This document shows, piece after piece, positions 18,576 through 27,965 of a stretch of DNA of 64,000 bases (position 1 is the stretch's first letter; every line of letters starts with the position of its first letter). A model generated the notes under the pieces. That model made no database searches, had not been told where the DNA came from, and worked only from the letters and a program-made list of their open reading frames with translations. The stretch comes from Candidatus Zixiibacteriota bacterium (GTDB taxonomy: Bacteria > Zixibacteria > MSB-5A5 > GN15 > FEB-12): assembly GCA_024277795.1 (NCBI GenBank), contig JAJRUL010000152.1, forward strand, positions 2,006 through 66,005. The letters are read 5' to 3'. Position numbers and translations under genes: made by a program.

Positions 18576-20051
18576 TCATTCCTTTCGATCAGGATGATTC
18601 CACCAGAAACGGGTTAGCCCCTTATCACTGCCAATCCATAAGATATCGCCGTCAAGACGCAGAGAATATACATAGTTGGAGGGGAGGCCGTCAGCCGTCG
18701 TATAATCAAAAGTAATCGGTACTGGTCGTGAATGCAATAATACGGTGATTCCTTTGTCGGAACCTACAAAAGCGGCTGTATCGTTGACTGCCAATGTTCG
18801 TGGTTCGAGTCTTTGTGTGGCCATTGGGTAGGATTGTGTCTTACCTGTTTTGAGTTCGAGTTTCATAAGTGATACATCAGTAGCAAACCAGAGTTGATCT
18901 CCGTAATGTTCTATATCATAGACATTACCGATAGTTATGAGGTCGGGGTCTTGAAATCTCTGAAGACGACCAGAATGTAACTTTAGTCTATAAGCACCAT
19001 TGCTTGTACCAATCCAAAGTGTCGAATCGACCTGTTCAAGGTCAAAAACAATACGGTCAATAAATTGATCGGGTTGAACAAACCAGCTAGTGTCAGAATT
19101 TTGTCGTAACAGAAAGAGGCCATCAGCAGTACCCGCAAAAAGAGAGTCACCGACAAGGGCAAGTGAGATGATGTTTTCATCAATCAAACCACTTCGTTTG
19201 TCAAGAGTGTATTCAATTTGTTCACTTTCACGTCCCATTACAAGTAAGCCGTAGGGAGTACCCATATATATATATGTATCATCACCATTAAGACAGTTGA
19301 TGTCGTATGCAGGGAATCTCGGGTCGATTCCTGATTCGAGATACCTGAACTCATTGTTGTCAGGGTCGAATATGGTCAAGCCTGTACGGAATTCATTGAC
19401 AATGGCACCAGATACCCAAAGTGAACCGCTATCTTCAAAAATGGCATTCACTCTGCGTTGTAACAGTCCGAACGGCATCATTTCAATCTGTTGCGAAGTA
19501 CTATTTGCATATCCGACACCATAACCGCGGGTTCCTAACCAGAATCTTCCCGCATTGTCGTCGACGATATCAGAAAGCAGAAAGAAACGACCTGTCGGAT
19601 CAACTAAACGTCCACCTGCAAAATAGTTATATCCGGGAGGAGGGTACATCATTTCAGGAGGGGGGATGTGACGACCTTGTGTTTCAAACCTAGGTAACTC
19701 GGAAATCGGAAACCAAGATTGAAAAAGGAGATCAAGTTCAAATAGTCCTTGTCCTGTTTTTGCAAAAAGCCTGTCATCAAACAAATCGACCCAGATTTGT
19801 CGAATATCTTCGTCATCGATGCCGTCTGCACCAGTCAGCGGATCTTCCCATTTTTGATCATTTTTATCATATCTGATAATCCCGGATTCTGTTGCGAAAT
19901 AGACGTGATCAATTGAAGAGGTAATATCTCTTACATATAAGAATGTACTGTAGTTCACTGCCTGACCAATCGGTAGAATAGTGGCATGGGTAGTTATAGA
20001 CGATGCGACAAAAAAGAGGACCAAAATTGTAGTGTGTCGAATGTGCTTCAT
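18576..20051 (-). CDS. secreted beta-propeller protein (two-component-regulator-propeller / Reg_prop-like repeats)
   Basis: Signal peptide plus repeated motifs LWVSGA, LWIGTSNGAYRL, LWFATDVSL and LWIGSDKGLTRF. Confidence 0.65.
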   Translation of the reverse strand: MKHIRHTTILVLFFVASSITTHATILPIGQAVNYSTFLYVRDITSSIDHVYFATESGIIRYDKNDQKWEDPLTGADGIDDEDIRQIWVDLFDDRLFAKTGQGLFELDLLFQSWFPISELPRFETQGRHIPPPEMMYPPPGYNYFAGGRLVDPTGRFFLLSDIVDDNAGRFWLGTRGYGVGYANSTSQQIEMMPFGLLQRRVNAIFEDSGSLWVSGAIVNEFRTGLTIFDPDNNEFRYLESGIDPRFPAYDINCLNGDDTYIYMGTPYGLLVMGRESEQIEYTLDKRSGLIDENIISLALVGDSLFAGTADGLFLLRQNSDTSWFVQPDQFIDRIVFDLEQVDSTLWIGTSNGAYRLKLHSGRLQRFQDPDLITIGNVYDIEHYGDQLWFATDVSLMKLELKTGKTQSYPMATQRLEPRTLAVNDTAAFVGSDKGITVLLHSRPVPITFDYTTADGLPSNYVYSLRLDGDILWIGSDKGLTRFWWNHPDRKE

Positions 20052-20053
20052 AT

Positions 20054-21253
20054 CTATTCATTCAGGAAGTTGACAACTGATGATACAATCAATGCAGTGG
20101 CATAGTGTAGTGATGCTTCATCTGCAATAAATTGCGGGTGATGCCATGATTTGTCAGCACCTATCTTCTTATTTTTAACACCAATTCGTACCATTGCTCC
20201 AGGTACATGTTCAAGATAACAGGCAAAATCCTCTCCGCCAAGTACTGGCTCTGTTTCTACAATTTTTCCTTTGCCGAATAGTGATTCATAGGTTTGTGCA
20301 AATAGCTTGTTGATCGATATACTGTTACTGAGGACAGGGTACCCGGCAATGATATTCATTTCCAGTCTTGCACCGTGAGCTTGACAGATTTTTTCAGCCA
20401 CTCGACGAATCAGTTTAGGGAGTCGCTTTTGATCCGCAGGTGAAAGTGCACGTGCAGTACCTGTAAGTTTCACACTGTCAGCAATAACATTTCTTGCTGT
20501 ACCACCTTGAATCATACCAAAAGTAATAGCTACCGATCCGATAGGATCGACCTGACGAGAAACTATAGTTTGTATAGAAGAAACAATTTCTGAAGCGATT
20601 ACAATAGCATCAACGGCTGTCTGAGGTCTGGCAGCATGCCCCCCGACTCCATGAATTATCAAATCAAAATCTGTAACCGAAGCCATTGTTACCCCGTCTC
20701 TGAGACCGATCTTACCTGTTGGAACACGAGGGTCTACGTGTAGCCCTAAGATTGCATCGACATCATCAAGCGCACCATCTGCAATCATCGGTCGTGCTCC
20801 GCCAGGAGGTTGCTCTTCAGCGGGTTGGAATATGATACGTATACTGCCTTGTATATCTTTTCGAAGTTTTGTAAGAATTTTCACTGCTCCCATAATAGTA
20901 GCCATGTGCATATCATGACCACAGGCGTGCATAGAACCTGTATTGCGGGACGCAAATGGAAGTCCTGTTTGTTCAACGATCGGGAGTGCATCAATATCGG
21001 TTCGTATTGCTATTGTCCGTCCGGGAGAATCACCAACTATTTCAACGAGCAGACCTGTTGGCATAGAAGTTGGTAGGATATTCAAGTTGAGCTTTTGGAT
21101 TTCTTTTTTAAGTAGTGCTGTGGTCTTATATTCTTGTGTTGATAGCTCAGGTTGTTGATGGAGCTTTCGTCGAAACGCAATCTGTACTTGTGATTGTTTC
21201 TTAACTAAAGAGAGGATAGTAGAAGGGGAGATAGAGTACGTTCTATTGCTCAT
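20054..21253 (-). CDS. M20/M25/M40 family amidohydrolase (N-acyl-amino-acid amidohydrolase type)
   Basis: RRKLHQQPELS, MHACGHDMH and GGEDFA motifs. The track ORF (to 21466) has an unconserved extension that runs inside nfi, so I trimmed it to ATG 21253. ATG 21268 is an alternative. Confidence 0.85.
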   Translation of the reverse strand: MSNRTYSISPSTILSLVKKQSQVQIAFRRKLHQQPELSTQEYKTTALLKKEIQKLNLNILPTSMPTGLLVEIVGDSPGRTIAIRTDIDALPIVEQTGLPFASRNTGSMHACGHDMHMATIMGAVKILTKLRKDIQGSIRIIFQPAEEQPPGGARPMIADGALDDVDAILGLHVDPRVPTGKIGLRDGVTMASVTDFDLIIHGVGGHAARPQTAVDAIVIASEIVSSIQTIVSRQVDPIGSVAITFGMIQGGTARNVIADSVKLTGTARALSPADQKRLPKLIRRVAEKICQAHGARLEMNIIAGYPVLSNSISINKLFAQTYESLFGKGKIVETEPVLGGEDFACYLEHVPGAMVRIGVKNKKIGADKSWHHPQFIADEASLHYATALIVSSVVNFLNE

Positions 21254-21971
21254 TATAGATGCTCTCATTTCGGATAGGTCTAGGGCCTCCTTTTTTTTCA
21301 ACCAGTCTTTTGAACTTGTTCGCAAATAGATGAGCCAAACGAAGTGGTTCAGGCTGACGGTAGCCACGAAGGTTTCTAACGACCAAGTCACGTGCCTGTT
21401 CAAGGTTACATCGAAAGGCGGGTGAAATAAATATAGGTTTGACTTTCTCCTTGCTACGGTACGCAACTCCAGCTTCTCGACCCCTTAATATAATTGGTTG
21501 GGCACTTCCCTTTTGTTCTGGCAGGTCTCTATGTCGTCCTGCAATAAGTTTACGGCTACAGCCGATCGCAGGGACGTCATACAGGTGTCCCAAATGACAG
21601 GCCATTCCGCACTGTTTGGGGTGAGCGATTCCTTGTCCATGAACAATCAGCAATTGGGGTGTCTCACGAAGTTTCTTGAATGCTTCAATGATGGCTGTTC
21701 CTTCACGGAAAAAAAGAAGCCCGGGAAGATATGGGAAGGTGACTGGAGAGTAATAGCTTGCACGCTCAACAATTTCTATCTCGGGAAAGGTAGTTACTAC
21801 AACAGAAGCAAAGACTAATTCTCCATTATCTCCGTAGGCCGTGTCTACTGCGGCTATAAGAGAGGGTTCTTCATATTCAGGCGTGAGGTGGATTTTTGAG
21901 GCAATTTCTGCTTGAAAGTCTATCGCTTCATTTCTCTTTCGGATTGTTGGGATGCTGTACCGAGGGTCCAA
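21243..21971 (-). CDS. nfi: endonuclease V
   Basis: VDTAY ... (catalytic Asp region) and HGQGIAHPKQCGMACHLG match the Nfi family. Confidence 0.88.
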   Translation of the reverse strand: MDPRYSIPTIRKRNEAIDFQAEIASKIHLTPEYEEPSLIAAVDTAYGDNGELVFASVVVTTFPEIEIVERASYYSPVTFPYLPGLLFFREGTAIIEAFKKLRETPQLLIVHGQGIAHPKQCGMACHLGHLYDVPAIGCSRKLIAGRHRDLPEQKGSAQPIILRGREAGVAYRSKEKVKPIFISPAFRCNLEQARDLVVRNLRGYRQPEPLRLAHLFANKFKRLVEKKGGPRPIRNESIYNEQ

Positions 21972-22083
21972 AGCTGTTTCCTTCTTCAGGTTTGTCTCAG
22001 GGTCAGTACGTTTGTACGCTAACCTGCCTTTTACTCAACCTTCTCTATCTCTAATAACGGCAATATTGTTATTTGGTGCCGTT

Positions 22084-22962
22084 TTATTTTTCAATCACCT
22101 TTCGGAAAAAACCTTTTTTGGGGAAGTCGGTGACTAATTCTTCAATTCTCCTTAAATCAATCCACGGATTTTCTCGACTTTCGTTAAATTTCGGAATATG
22201 AAAGTCGCATGCTTCTGCACAACCAGTAGCCAGGCAGTACATTCGGTCTCCATTATTATTTTCAATGACATTCATCACCATGTATACTACACCTTTCATT
22301 CCGTTACTATTATGACCTATTACAAGGTCGCCGGGAAGAAGTTCTTTCCCGCTAATCGAATCACAGTTTGAGGCGAGGCTTTGATAGTTGCTATTTTCCA
22401 TACAGACTCGCAGGAGCTTATAGAATTCTCGTTCTGACGGTTTCCTTTTTTCAGCAGGCTTAAAGAGAACAGACCGTAATGGCCCTCGTACAACTTTGCT
22501 TTCTAAAAACTTAGGATATGTCAGGGTTTCCCCTCGTATTGGGATAATAGAAAAGTTTTTCTCGATATCACGATACAGATAGTACTCAGCCCAAATCCGC
22601 ATAGGTATAGCAAAATCTTTGTTTTCTCTTCCCTTCCATGGGATATGAACAACTCGACTCACTTCGTCAGCGACAAAAGCTTTGTTTCCCTTCCAGATTC
22701 CGACATGCTTCCATCGATACCAAATAGGAAAATTGGCAATCCAGTTCTGATAATTATTCATCTTCGCGGGGTTGAGCCAATCGTATCCGTCAGGGACAGT
22801 AAATTCTGATTGAAAGGTGTAGATTGTATCTTTCATCGAAATGAAATCATATTGTTGTCGATAGGAAGCGTTAAGATAATCGCCTGCAGTAGAATCTTCC
22901 TGCGCAGTTGCAGGGAGACAGGCAAATGTGAGTAGAACTACCACAGATAGAGCTTCTTTCAT
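22084..22962 (-). CDS. hypothetical exported protein
   Basis: The signal peptide MKEALSVVVLLTFACLPATAQ comes from ATG 22962. I can name no catalytic motif, and the vague DUF4846-like impression is unverified. Confidence 0.55.
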   Translation of the reverse strand: MKEALSVVVLLTFACLPATAQEDSTAGDYLNASYRQQYDFISMKDTIYTFQSEFTVPDGYDWLNPAKMNNYQNWIANFPIWYRWKHVGIWKGNKAFVADEVSRVVHIPWKGRENKDFAIPMRIWAEYYLYRDIEKNFSIIPIRGETLTYPKFLESKVVRGPLRSVLFKPAEKRKPSEREFYKLLRVCMENSNYQSLASNCDSISGKELLPGDLVIGHNSNGMKGVVYMVMNVIENNNGDRMYCLATGCAEACDFHIPKFNESRENPWIDLRRIEELVTDFPKKGFFRKVIEK

Positions 22963-22964
22963 AC

Positions 22965-23303
22965 TTATTTTAACTCCTCCCAAAGATCAACAGCCCGTCG
23001 AATATGAGGTATCGTGATTGAACCACCGACAAGCATCCCAATCGACATAACTTCATCAAACTCAGCATCATTGACTTCAAGCTCTTTCACTTTTATAACA
23101 TGGTAACTGATACAGTCGTCACAACGTAATACTAAAGAGGCAACCAAACCAAGCAATTCCTTTGTTTTGCAGTCAAGTGCACCATCACGGTATGTGGCGT
23201 TGTCTAAGGCGAAGAATCGCTTGATTTCAAGGTTATCTCGTGAGAGAATCAACCTGTTTAGCCGTTCCCTTTCTTCGCTAAATCTTTGTACCTTTGAACT
23301 CAT
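22965..23303 (-). CDS. carboxymuconolactone decarboxylase / AhpD-like family protein
   Basis: 112 aa with the CDDCISYH (CxxC-x2-H) AhpD-core motif. Confidence 0.75.
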   Translation of the reverse strand: MSSKVQRFSEERERLNRLILSRDNLEIKRFFALDNATYRDGALDCKTKELLGLVASLVLRCDDCISYHVIKVKELEVNDAEFDEVMSIGMLVGGSITIPHIRRAVDLWEELK

Positions 23304-23455
23304 CAGTTTCTCCCAAATTTAGTAAGAATATAGGAGTGTGTATCTTAGTCATCAAATAAAATGTGCTGTTCCAAGTAGTGATTGAGCTTTGTGAGGTGCA
23401 ATAAGAATGTAGCAGGTTCGATTAATGTATCCTATCATCGGTACATAATACTGTA

Positions 23456-24031
23456 CTACAATACTTTCGGGAACCTCATCGATGAAGGTAGATCGGTTTC
23501 ATGAATCGTCAACTCCCGACCAAATGAATCATAACGGTCACAATCAACTGAAGCGAGCCCTGAAAGCTTCCAATCTTTGCTCTCGCGATGATAGAGTAGA
23601 TAGGTATATCGAATTCTGTTTTCTTGATTTGCAAACGTTAAAATATTACCCGTATAAGCAATTCTTCGATATACACCCGATTCTTGAATTTCGTAGAATT
23701 GTAGTGTATCAAGTGCGGGGAGATGTGGGTTTTGCCATTTGAAATACTGCAATGATGAACTAAAACGGCTTTTCTTTGCCTGACGTGATAGCTCTGAAGA
23801 TAACCGTGAATCAATCAGCTTTTTGAATTCCCCTGTCTGAAGGTGCAGAACAGCATCTCGGAAAAAGTGAAAACGAAGCGCCAATGAATCAACCGTTGCA
23901 AGCTCGGTTTGTGGTATGTTGTTGGCATTCTTTTCTCTCTGCTCAAGGTTGTTGCACCCGCATATATAGATCACTCCGACAATGAGGAGAGAGCAAATAT
24001 AATTCATCCACGATTGATACATATTATTCAT
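23456..24031 (-). CDS. hypothetical lipoprotein
   Basis: 191 aa with a hydrophobic N-terminus ending in ICGC (lipobox-like). I recognise no domain. Confidence 0.5.
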   Translation of the reverse strand: MNNMYQSWMNYICSLLIVGVIYICGCNNLEQREKNANNIPQTELATVDSLALRFHFFRDAVLHLQTGEFKKLIDSRLSSELSRQAKKSRFSSSLQYFKWQNPHLPALDTLQFYEIQESGVYRRIAYTGNILTFANQENRIRYTYLLYHRESKDWKLSGLASVDCDRYDSFGRELTIHETDLPSSMRFPKVL

Positions 24032-24113
24032 ATCGGCAATTATCGGATTACTCTTTCAGATTTGCTGTGCACGAATTGCACAGGTGTCTTACAACTTGTT
24101 GTCGATTACAAAC

Positions 24114-24148
24114 ACAAAAAAGCAGGTCCATTGTGAAATGAACCTGCT
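24114..24148 (-). terminator. rho-independent terminator of clpX
   Basis: On the minus strand, AGCAGGT-(14 nt)-ACCTGCT is followed by TTTTTTGTGTTTG. It lies 24 nt after the clpX stop. Confidence 0.7.
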
Positions 24149-24171
24149 TTATCAAAAAACTTTGATATTGC

Positions 24172-25449
24172 CTATCCCGCTTTTTTGGTCTCGGCATGAG
24201 TCCTTGTCTTTGGGGGAGCGCCTTTTGTAACAGTCTTTGCTGTAACAATGACTTCTGCAATCTCCGATTGCGATGGAATATCGTACATAATGTCAAGCAT
24301 CGTTTTTTCGAGGATTGAGCGTAATGCTCGTGCACCTGTTTTTCGTTTCTGTGCAAGCTCAACGATCGCTTTGAGAGCACCTTTTTCAAACTTTAGTTTG
24401 GCTCCATCAAGTTCCAACATCCGTTCATACTGCTTAATTAAAGCATTTCTCGGTTTAGTCAGGATATTCAGCAATGCTTTCTCATCGAGTTTTCTCAGTG
24501 AACTCACAACAGGTAATCGTCCAACCATTTCGGGGATTATGCCATATTCAATCAGATCGCCAGGTTGTGTATGATCGAGTATATCGTCTGATTCCGAATC
24601 AACGAACCTCTTAACTGAATCAAAACCAACTGTATTTTTACCAATACGCTTCGCAATGATTTTATCCAATCCATCAAAAGCACCACCACAAATAAACAGA
24701 ATGTTACTTGTATCGATCGAGACGAACGATTGTTCGGGATGTTTGCGCCCGCCCTTAGGAGGGATATTCGCAACCGTTCCTTCAAGGATTTTCAGAAGTC
24801 CTTGTTGAACGCCTTCTCCTGAGACATCACGAGTAATCGACGGGTTGCCATCACGACGAGAAATCTTGTCGATCTCATCAACATAAATAATCCCGCGTTC
24901 AGTCTGTTGTGCGGAAAAATCTGATGCTTGATACAAGCGGACGAGGATATTCTCAACATCCTCACCGACATAACCTGCTTCAGTCAGTACTGTAGCATCG
25001 GCAAGAGTAAATGGTACTTTAAGAAATTTAGCCAGAGTTCTGGCAATGAGAGTCTTGCCTGTTCCAGTCGGTCCTACAAGTAGAATGTTGGATTTCTCAA
25101 GTTCAACATCATCATGAGCTCTCGGTCTGCCAGACTGCTTCACTTTGAGTTGATGGTTGATCCTCTTGTAGTGGTTATAGACTGCGACTGATACAGTTTT
25201 TTTAGTCTGCTCCTGACCAATGATGTAATTGTCCAGGAAATTCTTAATTTCCGCAGGTGGTGGAATCTCAGAAATAACATCACTTGAGCCTGCGCGGGGT
25301 TCAGTCTCTAAAAGATCATGACAAAGCTCAACGCATTCATTGCAGATAAATGATTCATATCCTGAGAAGAGCCGATCGGTTTGACTGGCTGGCTTCCCGC
25401 AGAAAGAACAGTGTTGCGGTATTTTAGTACGTTTTGACATAACATCCAA
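24172..25449 (-). CDS. clpX: ATP-dependent Clp protease ATP-binding subunit ClpX
   Basis: N-terminal zinc finger CSFCGK...CNEC, Walker A GPTGTGKT, Walker [10 protein letters not shown] and a C-terminal SSD. Confidence 0.97.
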   Translation of the reverse strand: MDVMSKRTKIPQHCSFCGKPASQTDRLFSGYESFICNECVELCHDLLETEPRAGSSDVISEIPPPAEIKNFLDNYIIGQEQTKKTVSVAVYNHYKRINHQLKVKQSGRPRAHDDVELEKSNILLVGPTGTGKTLIARTLAKFLKVPFTLADATVLTEAGYVGEDVENILVRLYQASDFSAQQTERGIIYVDEIDKISRRDGNPSITRDVSGEGVQQGLLKILEGTVANIPPKGGRKHPEQSFVSIDTSNILFICGGAFDGLDKIIAKRIGKNTVGFDSVKRFVDSESDDILDHTQPGDLIEYGIIPEMVGRLPVVSSLRKLDEKALLNILTKPRNALIKQYERMLELDGAKLKFEKGALKAIVELAQKRKTGARALRSILEKTMLDIMYDIPSQSEIAEVIVTAKTVTKGAPPKTRTHAETKKAG

Positions 25450-25492
25450 TGTTGTCGAACACAGATTCTTCTACCGAAGAATCTGCGTTCAG

Positions 25493-26113
25493 TTATTTTT
25501 GTTCCTCACGAGAGAATTCGTACACTTTATCGATGATACCGTACTCTTTTGCTTCACTAGCAGACATGAAGTAGTTTCGATCAGTATCTTCTTCGATTTT
25601 CTCAAGTGATTGTCCAGTATGGTGTACCAATAGGTCGTTCAGCTTTTTCTTGGTACGCATGAATTCTTCAGTCATAATGACAATGTCAGATACCTGTCCT
25701 TGAGTCCCTGCTAGGGGTTGGTGAATCATGACTCTACTGTTAGGTAGAGCCGCACGCTTTCCAGCCGTACCAGCGGCAAGAAGGAATGCACCCATTGAAG
25801 CGGCAATTCCCATACAGGTAGTGGCAATGTCCGGCTTACAGAATTGCATCGTATCATAAATGGCCATTCCTGCAGTGACAGATCCACCCGGAGAGTTGAT
25901 ATATATGAAGATATCTTTTTCCGGATCTTCAGCTTCCAAGAAGAGCATTTGTGCGATTACCAGATTTGCGATATTATCATCAATCGGTGATCCGATAAAG
26001 ATGATTCTATCTTTGAGCAAACGTGAGAAAATGTCATAGGCGCGTTCACCGCGTCCTGTCTGTTCGACCACCATTGGAACAAGGTGGTTAGCCTTTGGCA
26101 TAAAATCTTCCAT
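25493..26113 (-). CDS. clpP: ATP-dependent Clp protease proteolytic subunit
   Basis: The [12 protein letters not shown] (catalytic Ser) and IHQP (His) motifs. The start may instead be the internal Met at 26101. Confidence 0.96.
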   Translation of the reverse strand: MEDFMPKANHLVPMVVEQTGRGERAYDIFSRLLKDRIIFIGSPIDDNIANLVIAQMLFLEAEDPEKDIFIYINSPGGSVTAGMAIYDTMQFCKPDIATTCMGIAASMGAFLLAAGTAGKRAALPNSRVMIHQPLAGTQGQVSDIVIMTEEFMRTKKKLNDLLVHHTGQSLEKIEEDTDRNYFMSASEAKEYGIIDKVYEFSREEQK

Positions 26114-26152
26114 AATTCTTTCTACAATCCCTCGACAATGTTTTTCGCGGTT

Positions 26153-27415
26153 CTACTTTTCTTTCTTCATAACCACTTTTGCTTTTCCCAGCAACATATC
26201 AAGCACTTTGTCTTCAAGGATTGATTCCTTGATAGAGCTGATTCTTCCCGACTGTTGCAGGGCTTCTTTGGCTTGCTGCTCAGTCATATTATAATTGGCA
26301 GCAATCCCCTTAATGACGTTGTCGGTATCAGACGGAAGAACTTCAATTTTTTCCTGCTCGGCGATTTAATGCCTCAGCAGGTTCCATCTGAGCGTACTTT
26401 CAGCAATCGTTTTATATGACTTTCTGATCTCTTCTTCTTTTGCATCAGGATTCTGCTTTTTGACATCCTCGACCATAGCAGTCAGGTATTGTTCAATCAG
26501 CCCTGGCGGTAATGAGATAGCATTTTTTTCGCAGATTTGTTCAATAATCTGATTTCTCTGCATTTTTTTTACTTCTTCATCTTTTTGACGTTTGATTTCT
26601 TCACGCATTTTTAGACGAAGTTCCAAGGCTGTTTCAGCTTGGCCTGTCTTTTTAGCCAGAGCATCATCGAATTCAGGAAGTATCCGTTCTCTCACTTCAT
26701 TTAACGTGATACCGTACGTGATTTCTGCCCCTGCAAATTTTTTGTCAGGGTAATCATCAGCGTATTTAATTGTTACTTCCCGAGTTTCTCCAACCTTCAT
26801 TCCGGGTAACTGATCTCGGAATTCAGGCAATGTGTTTTCAGATGAGAGATCGAACTCAGAGTTCGGGAAGCTGTCCTGTGCTATGGCCAGTTTTGGATCC
26901 TTCAATTTCTTGAGGTCGGCTACAATTGTATCACCAGCTTGAACTTCCCGATCAAGCGTACGGAATTCGGCATAAGCGTTTTGCAGAGATTTCGACATCT
27001 GGCTGACATCGTCATCTGTCGCCTCAGTATCTGCACCTAAAACTTCAAGGCCATCGAATACAATTGAGGAGATTTCAGGGAAAACTTCCACTCGTGCAGT
27101 ATAGGCCAAAGAACCGTCATCTGTGAAATTAGCTTCAGTAAGGGTCGGGGCGATTGCTATTTTCAGCCCTTTTTCCTGTATTGCCTGGAAGATCGTTTCC
27201 TTGATGAATTCATCCGCAACTTGTGCCTTAATCTCATCTTCAAAATTCTTACGAATCTGATCCATAGGGGCTTTCCCTTTTCGGAAGCCTTTGATTTCAG
27301 TTTCGCTTCGTTTTGTAGCAAGCTTTTGTTCGATGGCAGGGTTTACCTGATCTGCCTCAACAACTACCGATACATGGTGTACCAGTGCTTCAACTTCGTT
27401 AACTTCTACTTTCAC
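26153..27415 (-). pseudogene. tig: trigger factor interrupted by one in-frame TAA (26366-26368)
   Basis: The 349-aa ORF 26366-27415 has the TF N-terminal (GFRKGKAP) and PPIase-like parts and ends ...LRWNLLRH*. The same frame continues for 70 codons (IAEQEKIEVLPSDTDNVIKGIAANYNMTEQQAKEALQQSGRISSIKESILEDKVLDMLLGKAKVVMKKEK*). That stretch looks like the normal TF C-terminal arm and ends at TAG 26153-26155. Confidence 0.7.
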
Positions 27416-27567
27416 CTATATCCTTTCGATTCAATTCTCTATATCCTACCATTCAACATTACGAATGTCACCTTTTTTGATTGACACAGGCAATAAGTTT
27501 ATGGTCCGCCACGTTGACAAACAGAAAAAGCAGGCCATCACTACAGCCAACGATGCCTGTCATAATA

Positions 27568-27650
<83 letters not shown>

Positions 27651-27965
27651 TCGAATGAGGCCACAAGATACATCGAAAAAGCTCTGTTGCGCAATGAGCT
27701 TTTTCATCATGAGATCAACAAATTTGTAAAATTAATACTCTAAAATTGCCATTTACGGTAAAAATATTGAAATGAGATTATTTGAGTCTTTTATCAAAAT
27801 CATTATATACGCAGGAACAACCTTTGTTAACCTGTTTAATAATATTGAATTCAGGTGGTTTTAGCTGAGATCTGCATGGTTGTCGTAGATTGATAAGTCT
27901 CACTCGGAAGGAGCATTTTGGCGTATTTTATTGACTTTCGATCACTTTACCGTATATATGGCAAT

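Noticed and set aside
21254-21466. N-terminal 71-residue extension of the M20 amidohydrolase ORF
   Set aside because: The extension lies entirely inside the nfi coding region in another frame and has no similarity to the family. The conserved region begins shortly after Met at 21253 (or 21268).
26366-26368. TAA reassignment (alternative genetic code) as the explanation for the stop inside tig
   Set aside because: The standard-code ORF track yields full-length conserved proteins throughout the window. The track ORF ends I translated by hand fall on standard stops (TAA for the YbbR-like gene, TAG for recX, TGA for alaS). I found no other conserved gene with an internal TAA.
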